Shown here in pieces: positions 35,992-46,753 of a DNA stretch of 64,000 bases. The translations under genes and the position numbers were made by a program. The notes beneath the pieces were generated by a model, which made no database searches, was not told the DNA's origin, and saw only the letters and a list, made by a program, of their open reading frames with translations. Every line of letters starts with the position of its first letter. Position 1 is the first letter of the stretch. Origin of the DNA: an uncultured Muribaculaceae bacterium (GTDB lineage: Bacteria > Pseudomonadota > Alphaproteobacteria > Rs-D84); contig CAYJKO010000002.1 in assembly GCA_964371145.1 (NCBI GenBank), positions 14,330 through 78,329 of the forward strand. Direction: 5' to 3'.

Positions 35992-38208
35992 TTACAGTAT
36001 TTGTCTTTTGTTGTTTCCATCTGGTGGGCTGATGATTCCATCTGCCTCCATTTTTTCTATCAAAGTCGCGGCTTTGTTGTACCCGATTTCCAATCTTCTT
36101 TGCAAATAAGAAATGGTCGGTTTTTTGTCTCGTAATACAATTGTTTTTGCCTGTTCGTACAAATCCGCATTTTTTGCATCCTTGCCGCCTGCGCCTGGCA
36201 TAATATCGGCCACCGCGCCACCGAAAGATTCTTCATCAGATACATCGACCGTGTATTCTGGTTCGCCCTGGTCTTTCAAGAATTTTGCAACACGATTAAT
36301 TTCTTTATTTACAATTAATGCCCCGTGGATACGAACCGGAGCTTTGCCAGCTTCGGAAAATAACATATCCCCACAAGACAACAGATTTTCCGCGCCCTTT
36401 TGACCCAACGTTGTCATACTGTCGATATTTGAACGCGCCTGGAAAGAAATACGTGTTGGGAAATTAGATTTAATAACACCCGTAATAACATCCGCACTTG
36501 GGCGTTGTGTCGCCATAACCAAATGAATTCCGGCCGCACGTGCTTTTTGCGCCAATCTTTGAACGCATAATTCAACGTCTTTGCGTGCAACGGTCATCAA
36601 ATCTGCAACCTCGTCTATGATTATCACCAAATACGGCATATCTGATAAATCAATATTTTTTGTTTCAAATTCTAATTCACCGGTTTCAGGATTTGTACCG
36701 ACCGCAACCTGTTCTGTTACAGGTTTTCCGGATTTTCTCAAAGCACGAACTTCGTCATTATATCCTTCGATATTTTGAACACCCAATTTTTTTAATTTTT
36801 TATATCTTTCTTCCATTTCGCGCACAGACCATTTCAAAGCATTAACCGCCGTAGTACCGTCTGTCAAAATCGGTGTCGCCAAATGTGGTATTTTTTCCCA
36901 CAATGTAAAATCTACACCTTTTGGATCAACGATAACCAATTTACATTGTTCTGGGGTAAATTTATATAAAATCGACATAATAATAGATTGAACAAATACG
37001 GATTTACCGGACCCTGTTCGTCCCGCGATCATCAAATGCGGCATTTTTGCAAGATCAAAATACATCGGTGTTCCACCAATATTAACCCCCAATGCCAAAG
37101 GAATTCCAAATTTAGAATTCAAAAATTCAGGCGTTGTGATTAAATTTTGGAAACGCAAATCTTGACGCGTTATATTTACCATTTCAATACCGATATAATT
37201 GGTACGTGGGATAACCGCCATACGAATTTTATCTGATGCCATTGCCAACATCATATCATCAACGGTTTCTGTAACCTTTGAAATTCTGATACCCTGTTCT
37301 GGTTTAAATTCGTACAACGTTACAATCGGTCCCGGCTGGATCCCGTGTACTTTACCGTATACATTGAAATTTTGGAAATTAGTTTCCATTGCAACGGCCT
37401 GCATTTTATGTTCGGAAGTTACAGATGTTTTTGAAAAAACAGATTTTTCTAAAAATTCAGGTGGAGGCAATTGAAAGAATGGTTCGTCTATAACAATTTC
37501 TTTTACGACCGGCTTTTTTACAGTTGCGCGTGATGTTTGTTTTTTTCTTTTGGTTTTTGTTGGTGCAACATCGGATCCCATATCTTCATCATCTATATAA
37601 GAAAAATCCAAACTGGCCGGTTTTGTCATATGAAAAACAGATAACACCCAATGAATAAAAGATCCCAATTTTTTTACAATATATTTTACATCACCGAACG
37701 TTATATTTAAAATTTTGCCAGCCATCATAAAGAACAATCCAGATAACAATATTCCAAAAACAATAATCGTGGATCCCATTAAAGATTTAAAATCATTAGC
37801 AATAATCGCCCCCAACAATCCGCCGAATGAATTATCGGTACTGATAAACCCAAAAGCCGTGACGCCTATGAAAAAAGTTGTTAAAAAAGACAACAAGATA
37901 TATTGATTTGATTTTTCTGTTTCTTTTTTCATTAACATAAAATAACCCACACGCCCAACACAAGCAAATAAAAACATAGCAGGAATAAAACCGAATGAAT
38001 ATTTACAAAAATCTATTATATGCCCCATTAAATTTTGTTCACCGAAATTGCTGGCGATTCCGATGCTGTTTAAATTTGGATTATAAAAAAACAATGCAAT
38101 TAATAATAAAATCCCGGACAATGAAATAACCCCGCCCAACAATCGTTTGGCAAAGTTTTTAAGGCTGGCACCCAAGCCTTGTGGTAAAAAATCAGAATGT
38201 GTCGACAT
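35992..38208 (-). CDS. ftsK: DNA translocase FtsK
   Basis: 738 aa. N-terminal 4-5 TM domain, linker, RecA-like motor (GRTGSGKSV Walker A, ..LVIIIDEVADLM..) and a C-terminal gamma winged-helix domain. Confidence 0.9.
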   Translation of the reverse strand: MSTHSDFLPQGLGASLKNFAKRLLGGVISLSGILLLIALFFYNPNLNSIGIASNFGEQNLMGHIIDFCKYSFGFIPAMFLFACVGRVGYFMLMKKETEKSNQYILLSFLTTFFIGVTAFGFISTDNSFGGLLGAIIANDFKSLMGSTIIVFGILLSGLFFMMAGKILNITFGDVKYIVKKLGSFIHWVLSVFHMTKPASLDFSYIDDEDMGSDVAPTKTKRKKQTSRATVKKPVVKEIVIDEPFFQLPPPEFLEKSVFSKTSVTSEHKMQAVAMETNFQNFNVYGKVHGIQPGPIVTLYEFKPEQGIRISKVTETVDDMMLAMASDKIRMAVIPRTNYIGIEMVNITRQDLRFQNLITTPEFLNSKFGIPLALGVNIGGTPMYFDLAKMPHLMIAGRTGSGKSVFVQSIIMSILYKFTPEQCKLVIVDPKGVDFTLWEKIPHLATPILTDGTTAVNALKWSVREMEERYKKLKKLGVQNIEGYNDEVRALRKSGKPVTEQVAVGTNPETGELEFETKNIDLSDMPYLVIIIDEVADLMTVARKDVELCVQRLAQKARAAGIHLVMATQRPSADVITGVIKSNFPTRISFQARSNIDSMTTLGQKGAENLLSCGDMLFSEAGKAPVRIHGALIVNKEINRVAKFLKDQGEPEYTVDVSDEESFGGAVADIMPGAGGKDAKNADLYEQAKTIVLRDKKPTISYLQRRLEIGYNKAATLIEKMEADGIISPPDGNNKRQIL

Positions 38209-38244
38209 AATATGTATTATATCATAAAATCTTTATAAAAAAAA

Positions 38245-38904
38245 TTATCTTTTGCAAAAAAAGCTTTTAACCAAATCCGCGATAACCAACCCCAAAAATG
38301 CACCCAATAAAACGTCACTTGGGAAATGATAACCGGACAAAACACGTGATAGACCGATAAAAATTGCAACGGTCCACGTATATGGCTTTAATTTTGGATA
38401 CAGCATTCCAATCATAACCAACCCTGCAAAAGATACGATTGCATGACCCGACGGCATAGAATGAAACCCCCAAGAATTAACAAAAGGATTATATCCCGTC
38501 TGTCCCAATGCTTCGAAAAAAACCGGTCTTTGGCGACCTATTCCAAATTTCAAAACATACCCGATTAAAGACGCCATAAACACAGATATAAAAACCAAAG
38601 CGCCTTTATTTTTTGATATATGTTTTTTCAAATTTTTATATTTTAAATTCGATAATAAAGATTTTTTTGATTTCATTAACATCTTTATAAAACCCGCCCC
38701 TGCCCAAATTGCAGTGACAAATAACCAAACCTTTGGATCGAAAATATGTTCCAAAACATTCCATGATTCTAAATCGAAATTATAAGAATGAGATATAAAA
38801 AAAACATCAAACCAAGACATACAAAAAACAATTAAGACGGCCGTTATCAACGCACCCACCAACAACCATTTCCATTTTATAGAATTATCTTTTTTTAAAA
38901 ACAT
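38245..38904 (-). CDS. PAP2-family membrane phosphatase (PgpB/undecaprenyl-diphosphatase-like)
   Basis: 219 aa, 6 TM helices. PAP2 motifs KxxxxxxRP (..GIGRQRPVF), PSGH (MPSGHAIVSFAG) and SRxxxxxHxxxD (SRVLSGYHFPSDV). Confidence 0.7.
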   Translation of the reverse strand: MFLKKDNSIKWKWLLVGALITAVLIVFCMSWFDVFFISHSYNFDLESWNVLEHIFDPKVWLFVTAIWAGAGFIKMLMKSKKSLLSNLKYKNLKKHISKNKGALVFISVFMASLIGYVLKFGIGRQRPVFFEALGQTGYNPFVNSWGFHSMPSGHAIVSFAGLVMIGMLYPKLKPYTWTVAIFIGLSRVLSGYHFPSDVLLGAFLGLVIADLVKSFFCKR

Positions 38905-38905
38905 A

Positions 38906-40408
38906 TTAATTATCCATTAATTTTTCATACAAAGACGTATTGCTTAAAACTTTAACAGACACAGCCATCGCGACCGCATCTTCTTCTGAACCGTCGACGA
39001 TAACGGGACATCCTTGTCTGATTTTATTAACGTCGATTTCGGTGATTTTATTAAAATCAGTTATATTAAAATCATCATTTACAACGTTCAAGAAAAAAGC
39101 ACCTTGTTGTTCTGAATTTCTGATATTTGATAAACAAACCAATGGATATACTCCGCGCCCATCGATTGTGTTCCCATTACCCGTTTTAACAATTTTATTT
39201 AATAATTCCAACATTCCGCCATTTTTTAAATCTATTAATGTTGCGATACGTGCATTACCCGCGGTCGGCGTTCCAATTAATAAACCACGATTATTTTCAT
39301 ATAGCGCGGCAGCCAAAGCCTCGGCTGTACCTTTTGTTGTATTTGAAACCAACACAACCATATTTGCATTTGTTCTTTTATCTGCGCCTGGTAAAACTTC
39401 TGTTTCTGCTTTGGCGGCCTCGACTATTCTTAAAACTGGCACTTGTCCCAAAAACAATCCCGCCATTTTTGCCATGGCAGTTTCAGAATTCCCAGACGAT
39501 GCGCGCAAATCCAATATGATACCAGAAACATTATCACCATACATATCAATTGCATCCGTTACAATAGATACCGCATCATCGGTTAAATTATGGACAATTA
39601 TTTCCAATAAATCATTTTGACCATTTGTTGAATTTCGATATACAACATCTGCGTCTGACAAAACAATTGTTGCGCGACGCAATACAACATCTTTGTTACC
39701 AGACGGTGTTAATAATTTTAATTTCAAAGTACCTGAATTAAATCCAGAAAAAGAATTTTCCATATCAAAAATTCTTTGCCCGTTCACGGTTGTGATTAAA
39801 TCATTTTCTTTTATTCCCGACAAGTCCGCGGGCGAGTCTTTATAAACCCCCGTCACGCGGAAATTTCCGCGTTCATCGATGGCGCCATCTAAACCGACGC
39901 TGGTTAAAATTCTGCCATCTTCTTCTATTTGCGCACGTTTAGAATAAACATATTTACCATTTTCATCCAATCCGCGAATTAATGCATCGACCGCGATTTG
40001 ATAAGTTTGGCTTTGTGATTGTTGCGCAAATTCTGGAATTTGTTCTTTTAATTTTACGATTAACGCAGTTGTAATTTCTGCAAATTGTTCCCAATCTTTG
40101 GGTTGTGGTGTTGGATAATTTGCGATAATTTCGTCATCCCAAACCAAAACAATGCGATTTTCGGTTGCGGCAATATGAGCCGATTGATGAATTTTTTCCA
40201 AATTTTCAATTGCTATATTTGGTGTTTTCCCACCCCAGCTGACACCGTCCAATTTTTGATAAATATCGGTAAAGTTTTCAATAGATTCATTTATATTGAA
40301 TCCCATCAGAACACTGTCTTCTGCTTCAAAAATTTGAAAAGAATAAGAGGATGACAAACCCAAAAACATAGCCAGAAACATCGTTCCAAAACATTTAATT
40401 ATTTTCAT
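38906..40408 (-). CDS. ctpA: C-terminal processing (tail-specific) peptidase, S41 family, with PDZ domain
   Basis: 500 aa with a signal peptide. PDZ region (..VTGVYKDSPADLSGIKENDLITTVNG..). S41 catalytic region (ILDLRASSGNSE.., ..VLVSNTTKGTAEALAAAL.., ..TPTAGNARI). Confidence 0.8.
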   Translation of the reverse strand: MKIIKCFGTMFLAMFLGLSSSYSFQIFEAEDSVLMGFNINESIENFTDIYQKLDGVSWGGKTPNIAIENLEKIHQSAHIAATENRIVLVWDDEIIANYPTPQPKDWEQFAEITTALIVKLKEQIPEFAQQSQSQTYQIAVDALIRGLDENGKYVYSKRAQIEEDGRILTSVGLDGAIDERGNFRVTGVYKDSPADLSGIKENDLITTVNGQRIFDMENSFSGFNSGTLKLKLLTPSGNKDVVLRRATIVLSDADVVYRNSTNGQNDLLEIIVHNLTDDAVSIVTDAIDMYGDNVSGIILDLRASSGNSETAMAKMAGLFLGQVPVLRIVEAAKAETEVLPGADKRTNANMVVLVSNTTKGTAEALAAALYENNRGLLIGTPTAGNARIATLIDLKNGGMLELLNKIVKTGNGNTIDGRGVYPLVCLSNIRNSEQQGAFFLNVVNDDFNITDFNKITEIDVNKIRQGCPVIVDGSEEDAVAMAVSVKVLSNTSLYEKLMDN

Positions 40409-40439
40409 TTTTCATCCTCTCTTGTTTTTTTATTTTATA

Positions 40440-41306
40440 TTATTTTACATCCGATTCACGTAAATTGAAATGATACAAAATAACATTAGATATATAAATA
40501 CTGGTCATTGTTCCCATCACAACAGCAAAAGTCATAGCAATTGCAAAATCTTGTAACATTGTGCCACCAAAGAAATATAATCCGATTAATGCAACAATTG
40601 TTGAAACAGACGTCATAATTGTACGACGGAACATTTCATTCACAGACAAATCAATCAAATCTGTCATAGGCATTTTATGGTATTTTTTTATATTTTCTTC
40701 AATTCTGTCGTAATTCACAACTTTGTCATTAATAGAATATCCAACCCCCATTAATAACACGGCAATGGACGCTTGGTTAAATTCTAATCCCATAAGAGAA
40801 AAGAATCCGAACATCAAAACAAAGTCCAAAATCAAAGACACGAATGAACCAACCGCATATCCACCTTTATAACGAATCCAAATATAAACAGCCATCAATA
40901 TAAAAGACATCAATACGGCGAAAATTCCACCACGTACCAATTCGGACCCAATTTTTGGACCTACGATTTGCACTTGTTCATATTTTACTTTTTCGCCCAA
41001 GATTTGTTTTATTTCGGCAACTTTCACATTTTGTTGTTCATCCGTTGAATTTTTTGGCAACCCAACGCGTATTAAAACAGAATTTCCATCAACTGCTTGT
41101 AATTCAGGCGAGAATTGTTTTAAATCGACACGCATTTTATCAATGGTATATGTATCAATTTGCGGTTTAACTTCCATAGAAATACCACCGATAAAATCAA
41201 TACCGAAATTCAAGCCGCGCGTCAACAGCGACACAACCGACAATATAACCAAAATACTGGAAACCCAATAAGACAGTTTGCGAAATTTCATAAATTTAAG
41301 TTTCAT
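40440..41306 (-). CDS. secF: protein translocase subunit SecF
   Basis: 288 aa, typical SecF topology and motifs (..LNFGIDFIGGISMEV..). Confidence 0.85.
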   Translation of the reverse strand: MKLKFMKFRKLSYWVSSILVILSVVSLLTRGLNFGIDFIGGISMEVKPQIDTYTIDKMRVDLKQFSPELQAVDGNSVLIRVGLPKNSTDEQQNVKVAEIKQILGEKVKYEQVQIVGPKIGSELVRGGIFAVLMSFILMAVYIWIRYKGGYAVGSFVSLILDFVLMFGFFSLMGLEFNQASIAVLLMGVGYSINDKVVNYDRIEENIKKYHKMPMTDLIDLSVNEMFRRTIMTSVSTIVALIGLYFFGGTMLQDFAIAMTFAVVMGTMTSIYISNVILYHFNLRESDVK

Positions 41307-41324
41307 ATTTTTATCTCCTGACTT

Positions 41325-42875
41325 TTAATTAAAACCGACTGTTTTATTTTTGTTTTTCATATACCAATCGATAATAACTTTTGACAAACACAAACATGTG
41401 AACAAAGTCGTAATTACACCAATAGATAAAGTTACAGCAAATCCACGGATTGGTCCTGCTCCGAATTGGAACAAAATCAAAGAACAAATTAAATTTGTTA
41501 AATTTCCGTCTAATACCGCTTTCATAGATTTATTGAATCCCACATCAACTGCGCGTGCGGTTGGAACACCTGCACGGATTTCATCACGGATTCTTTCATA
41601 CGGCAAGATATTAGCGTCCACCGCCATACCCAAAGTCAAAACAATACCTGCAATACCTGGCAATGTTAATGTTGCGCCCAGAAAAGCTGATACACCGATA
41701 ATCATTAATAAATTAACAACCAAAACGACATTTGCAAACAATCCAAATCTGCGATAGAAAATCATCATGAAAGCCATAACGAAAATCAATCCTAAAATCG
41801 CACCGATTTTACCGGCTGCAATAGCGTCCGCACCCAATCCCGCACCAACGGTTCTTTCTTCTATCACAGACAATGGCGCAGGCAAAGCGCCTGAACGCAA
41901 CAACACGGCTAAATCTTTTGCAGATTCCAAAGTAAACCCACCAGATATTTGACCACGGCCACCTGGAATCGGTTCATTGATTCTTGGCGCAGATAAAACT
42001 TTGCCGTCCAAAACAATTGCGAAACGTTCATTCACGTGTTTTGTTGTTAATCTTGAAAATTGACGTGCGCCTGTTGTATCAAAAACAGTTGTCACAACCG
42101 GCATATTATTTTGATCAAAGTCAGCTTGGGAATCTTTCAAAGATTCGCCCGACACTTCTACTCTGTCGTACACAGCAACAGTTTGCATTGGCGAATCTGT
42201 ATAAGGCAAAAATTTTGTGCCGGCCGGTGCATTACCCGTCATTAATTGTTCTTGTGTAATATTTTCATTCACAAGATGAAAAGACATTTTTGCAGTTTGA
42301 CCGATTAAATCTTTGATTTTTTCAGGATTGTCGACACCCGGCAATTGAATTAAAATATATTTTCCGCCCTGTGATTGAATGGACGGATCTTTTGTTCCCA
42401 ACGCATCAATACGACTGCGAACGATTTCAATACTGCGGTTTAATGCGTCTGCCGTCATTATTTCTTTTTGTTTATCTGAATATGACAATGTTACAACGCT
42501 GCCGTTTGAATCTATATCAACGCCTTCGCCTAATTCTGAACGCAAACGTCCCATAGCGTCCGTAACTTCATCTGAATTACGAACAGTGAAAGATACGCGT
42601 CCTTCTGTTTCGGATAACCCTGAAAAACGAATTACGCCTTTTTCACGATTAACCAAAGCCGTTCTAACTGAATCATATAATTGAACACCTTTTTCTTCAA
42701 TCATAGCGTCTGCATCAACTTCTAATAATAATTGAGCCCCGCCCTTTAAATCCAACCCCAAAGGCACTGGTTCTATCCAACTTGGTAAATATTGGGATGA
42801 AGAAGAAATCAATGTTGGCAAAGACAACACAATACCAAACAAAGCAACTGAAATAATAACAAGCTTTTTAAACAT
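41325..42875 (-). CDS. secD: protein translocase subunit SecD
   Basis: 516 aa (..GLDLKGGAQLLLEVD..), large periplasmic domain, C-terminal 6 TM. Confidence 0.85.
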   Translation of the reverse strand: MFKKLVIISVALFGIVLSLPTLISSSSQYLPSWIEPVPLGLDLKGGAQLLLEVDADAMIEEKGVQLYDSVRTALVNREKGVIRFSGLSETEGRVSFTVRNSDEVTDAMGRLRSELGEGVDIDSNGSVVTLSYSDKQKEIMTADALNRSIEIVRSRIDALGTKDPSIQSQGGKYILIQLPGVDNPEKIKDLIGQTAKMSFHLVNENITQEQLMTGNAPAGTKFLPYTDSPMQTVAVYDRVEVSGESLKDSQADFDQNNMPVVTTVFDTTGARQFSRLTTKHVNERFAIVLDGKVLSAPRINEPIPGGRGQISGGFTLESAKDLAVLLRSGALPAPLSVIEERTVGAGLGADAIAAGKIGAILGLIFVMAFMMIFYRRFGLFANVVLVVNLLMIIGVSAFLGATLTLPGIAGIVLTLGMAVDANILPYERIRDEIRAGVPTARAVDVGFNKSMKAVLDGNLTNLICSLILFQFGAGPIRGFAVTLSIGVITTLFTCLCLSKVIIDWYMKNKNKTVGFN

Positions 42876-42888
42876 AACTTTTCGCCTT

Positions 42889-43185
42889 TTAATTTAAACC
42901 TGCAACTGCATTTTTATTAACTTCGATAACGACGCCTTTTGATATTTCGATTTCAAAAGAATTTTCTTTTACAGATTTGATAGTACCATAAATACCTGCG
43001 GCCATTACACGGCTGCCGACTTTTAAAGAATCTATCATTTTTTTGTATTCTGTCATACGTTTTTTATTTGGTCGTATCATAAAGAAATATACAATTGCCA
43101 ACATAACGCCAACGAATATCATATTTTCTAAAAAAGCACCCTGTTGCATTGTGTTTGCGGCTGCATTTGCTGTTTCTGGATTCAT
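42889..43185 (-). CDS. yajC: preprotein translocase subunit YajC
   Basis: 98 aa, single TM then ..IRPNKKRMTEYKKMIDSLKVGSRVMAAGIYGTIKSV... In the conserved position upstream of secD. Confidence 0.8.
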   Translation of the reverse strand: MNPETANAAANTMQQGAFLENMIFVGVMLAIVYFFMIRPNKKRMTEYKKMIDSLKVGSRVMAAGIYGTIKSVKENSFEIEISKGVVIEVNKNAVAGLN

Positions 43186-43269
43186 CTTTTATCTCCTGTA
43201 TTTGTTATACAAAAAAGAATAGTAAAAAAAACCTGGTCTGTAAAGAAAAAAGATTGAATTTGGATGGGG

Positions 43270-44991
43270 TTAAATACGTTCAAACATATTGTCTAAATCA
43301 CACATTGGAATAATTTTATAAACGGGGCGCCCATGATTACATTGTCCGGCGCGTTCCATATTTTCAACTCGGCGCAACAAAGCATCCATTTGATTCATAT
43401 CCAACTTTTGCCCAGAACGTACGGAATGATGGCATGCATAATTTGCCAATTTTAAATGTAATTTTTCTTGCAACGCAGAAGAATGGCCGTATACGGCAAC
43501 TTCTTCTGCAATCATATGCATTAATTTATCCCAATCTAAATCCCAATCTGCGGGTTTTTCAAATACAGCCAAAGCAGACTCTCCGAATCTATCAACCAAT
43601 ACTCCGCATGACTTTAATTCGTTTGCTATTTCCATAACTGCATCCAATTTTTCGGCGCGCATATTTATAACAATTGGCGTCAAAAGCGGTTGGATTTTTA
43701 TAGTTTTGTTACGCAAAGATTCGTACACTATTCTTTCGTGCGCCGCGTGTTGGTCGACAATAATTAAACCCGCGTTATTTTGTGCCAAAATATATTTATT
43801 TCCATATTGCCCGATGACGTAACCCAATGGATAATCTTGTGATTGCACGATCGGTTTTTCTGGCGCATCTTGGACAAAAGAATTTGGAACATCGAACTTT
43901 CTTTCAAACAAAGCATCCATTGTGACAGAATCCGAATTATTTGAATTAAACACAAAATTATTCGGCGCTAATTCTTTAACAGGAATTCTATTTACAAAAT
44001 CATTGTTAATTGTCTGATTCAAAGGCACGGCCAGCGCATCACGCAAAACACGTATAATGAAACCACGAACGCGTGACGGTTCTAAAAAATGCACATCTGT
44101 TTTTGCGGGCGACACATTAACGTCGACCTCGGCTTGCGGGACCGTTAAATATAATGCGCATATTGGAAATTCACGCGCGCTCATAACATCCATGTATGCC
44201 GCACGCAATGCCCCCACCAAAACTTTGTCTTTTGCAACGCGTCCATTTACAAATAAATATTGATCAACAGAAGACGCGCGACGCATAGTCGGTTTTGAAA
44301 TATATCCCGACAAAGACAAGGCACCGGACGAATTTGATATGTTTGAAATTTCTATTAAATTGTCACGTACATCCGTCCCCACAACAGATATAATTCTGTC
44401 ATATAAACTTTGATCTTTTTCAAAGCGCCATTTATTATTTAAAACAAATCCGACATCTCCGCGCGACATAGCCAATTTTTTTACCACATCCACAATTGCC
44501 ATCATTTCTGCCCGGTCTGAACGCAGGAATTTAAGGCGCGCAGGCGTTTTCGCAAATAAATTACGCACCTTTATTCTGGTGCCGCTGTTCCAAGCCGACG
44601 GTTTAATTTCACCGGACGCGCAATCTAAACTCCAACCATTTGGATCTGCGCCGTTATATGTGTCTATTGTCATATCGGACACAGATGCAATTGACGGTAA
44701 TGCTTCGCCGCGGAATCCCATAAAATTAATATTTAACAAATCGTCTGTCGGTAATTTAGATGTTGCGTGTCGGGTAACAGATTTCTTTAAATCTGAAGCA
44801 TTCATTCCCGCACCATTATCTATGATACTGATTTCTGTGCGACCGCCATCTATTACATCTATGACAATTTGAGTTGCGCCCGCATCCAATGAATTTTCCA
44901 CCAATTCCTTAACAACGCTGGCGGGTCTTTCGACTACTTCGCCTGCTGCTATTTGATTTATAAGGTTATCGGGAAGAATTCGTATAGCCAT
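43270..44991 (-). CDS. mutL: DNA mismatch repair protein MutL
   Basis: 573 aa. GHKL ATPase N-terminus (INQIAAGEVVERPASVVKELVENSLDAGA..), C-terminal dimerisation domain. Confidence 0.9.
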   Translation of the reverse strand: MAIRILPDNLINQIAAGEVVERPASVVKELVENSLDAGATQIVIDVIDGGRTEISIIDNGAGMNASDLKKSVTRHATSKLPTDDLLNINFMGFRGEALPSIASVSDMTIDTYNGADPNGWSLDCASGEIKPSAWNSGTRIKVRNLFAKTPARLKFLRSDRAEMMAIVDVVKKLAMSRGDVGFVLNNKWRFEKDQSLYDRIISVVGTDVRDNLIEISNISNSSGALSLSGYISKPTMRRASSVDQYLFVNGRVAKDKVLVGALRAAYMDVMSAREFPICALYLTVPQAEVDVNVSPAKTDVHFLEPSRVRGFIIRVLRDALAVPLNQTINNDFVNRIPVKELAPNNFVFNSNNSDSVTMDALFERKFDVPNSFVQDAPEKPIVQSQDYPLGYVIGQYGNKYILAQNNAGLIIVDQHAAHERIVYESLRNKTIKIQPLLTPIVINMRAEKLDAVMEIANELKSCGVLVDRFGESALAVFEKPADWDLDWDKLMHMIAEEVAVYGHSSALQEKLHLKLANYACHHSVRSGQKLDMNQMDALLRRVENMERAGQCNHGRPVYKIIPMCDLDNMFERI

Positions 44992-44994
44992 AAT

Positions 44995-45465
44995 TTAATC
45001 TTTAAACTTTACTTCTAATATTTCATATTCGCGTGAACCGGACGGCAAATTAACAGTGCAATAATCCCCAACACATTTACCAATCATAGCGCGCCCAACG
45101 GGTGACGTACATGCAATCACGGTTTTCCCATCCGATTCTATATCTGACAATATTCTGCATTCTAATTTGTTGCCATCATCATCTTCTGCAACAACGCGAG
45201 CGCCGAACACAACGCGATCACCGGTTAAAGAATCCGTATCAATTACATTTGCGTTTTTTACAACTTCTTCTAAAAATTTAATTCTTTTATCGATCGACAC
45301 CTGTTTTTCTTTTGCGGCACTGTAATCAGCATTTTCAGACAAATCCCCCAAAGAACGCGCCCATTGCACGACTTTTAAAATATCTGGTCTGTCAATTTCT
45401 TTTAATTGTTTTAATTCTTTCAACACAGCATCGAATCCGTGTCTGGATATAGGTTTTTTATCCAT
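44995..45465 (-). CDS. greA: transcription elongation factor GreA
   Basis: 156 aa, coiled-coil N-terminus plus FKBP-like C-terminal domain. Its stop lies 3 nt from the mutL start. Confidence 0.85.
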   Translation of the reverse strand: MDKKPISRHGFDAVLKELKQLKEIDRPDILKVVQWARSLGDLSENADYSAAKEKQVSIDKRIKFLEEVVKNANVIDTDSLTGDRVVFGARVVAEDDDGNKLECRILSDIESDGKTVIACTSPVGRAMIGKCVGDYCTVNLPSGSREYEILEVKFKD

Positions 45466-45545
45466 TTTTATTCCTTTTATCTTTTTTTAATAGTATTCAT
45501 TTTAATTTTGCAATTGTCAAATGAACAATATATAATTAAGAAATT

Positions 45546-46604
45546 ATGTTTAAAACAAAAATATTAACAAGATTTTTAATAACCAGATTTCTATCAGGCG
45601 TCGCAACCGTCATGCTGACGATATGTGGTATCATATTCACAATTACGTTCGTTGAAAGAATTCAACATAATCCGACTATGTTATCTGCGATTATGGATTC
45701 TTGGGTACGTTTATTAGAATATGTCCCACTGTTTTTACCATTGGCAATATTTATGGGAACTTTGTTTACATCATACCGTCTGACAAAATCTACCGAAAGC
45801 ATCATAATTTCCAGCGGAGGCCTGTCCCCTTTTCAATCGGCGCGCCCATTTTTAATCGCAGCCGCATTAATCGGCGTGTTTACAACAACAATTGTTAACC
45901 CGTACACCATCGGTGCATCTAATAAAATTATTACGGCAGACAATTTAAAATTGATTGATAAAAAAATCTGGATTCGCGAATCGGGCACAGAAACATCTAT
46001 TACATTGTCCGCAGAAGATGTTTTGGTAAAAGACGATTCAATTATATTTGAAAATTCTATTTTATTTAAACAAGACAAACAGACCGGCAAAATAGAAAGA
46101 ATAGAATCCGAATATGTCAATTTATCAAAAGACGGATTATCATCACAAAATGCTAAAATATTTGATTCAGACGGTTTGAAAAAAACTGGTTCTTGGTCGA
46201 CTAATACATTATTGAATCACAAAACTGTTTTGGACAGATACATACAACCAGATCAAATTTCTTTTTGGGAATTACCAAAATTTATATCAAAAATGTCTGC
46301 CGTTGGGATTCCGACTCGCGCACACTTAATACAATATTGGACGTTATTGTTTTTGCCATTAACATTAATAGCCATGACTTTTCTTGGGGTTGCTTTTTCC
46401 CAAACTAAACAACGACGCAATTACAGTTTTGGATTAAAATTTGGATCGGGTGTTATTGTGTGTTTTGGTTTATATTTTATTATAAATTTATTTAACGCAT
46501 TGGGTGCAACGGGTGCGTTGCCGGCATTATTGGCGGTAATTGCTCCACCTTTGATTATAATAGCCATAGCCGGCGTATCGATAATCACAATGGACAACAT
46601 TTAA
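45546..46604 (+). CDS. LPS export ABC permease LptF/LptG (YjgP/YjgQ family)
   Basis: 352 aa. 3 TM, then a periplasmic beta-jellyroll, then 3 TM. N-terminal ..LTRFLITRFLSGVATVML.. is typical of the family. Confidence 0.75.
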   Translation: MFKTKILTRFLITRFLSGVATVMLTICGIIFTITFVERIQHNPTMLSAIMDSWVRLLEYVPLFLPLAIFMGTLFTSYRLTKSTESIIISSGGLSPFQSARPFLIAAALIGVFTTTIVNPYTIGASNKIITADNLKLIDKKIWIRESGTETSITLSAEDVLVKDDSIIFENSILFKQDKQTGKIERIESEYVNLSKDGLSSQNAKIFDSDGLKKTGSWSTNTLLNHKTVLDRYIQPDQISFWELPKFISKMSAVGIPTRAHLIQYWTLLFLPLTLIAMTFLGVAFSQTKQRRNYSFGLKFGSGVIVCFGLYFIINLFNALGATGALPALLAVIAPPLIIIAIAGVSIITMDNI

Positions 46605-46621
46605 TAAAAAAGGAAACAGAT

Positions 46622-46753
46622 ATGCCAATACATAAAAAGAAAAAATTAAATTCTAAAAAAATCATATTTTATGCAATTGCTGCTTTGATTATAATATTGA
46701 TGTTTATTACATTTCCAGCCAGCCAAACCATTGTTGAAACTCAATTAATATAA
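46622..46753 (+). CDS. possible small membrane protein (43 aa)
   Basis: MPIHKKKKLNSKKIIFYAIAALIIILMFITFPASQTIVETQLII: basic N-terminus plus one TM helix. Its stop codon overlaps the xerD ATG by 1 nt. No strong RBS. Confidence 0.25.
   Translation: MPIHKKKKLNSKKIIFYAIAALIIILMFITFPASQTIVETQLI

Noticed and set aside
38940-39620. 226-aa plus-strand ORF antisense to ctpA; similar long antisense ORFs within lnt (29880..30350), typA (54452..55066), secD (41350..41757) and xerD (46995..47522)
   Set aside because: Each is embedded in a gene with clear family motifs on the other strand. No RBS or start context supports them.
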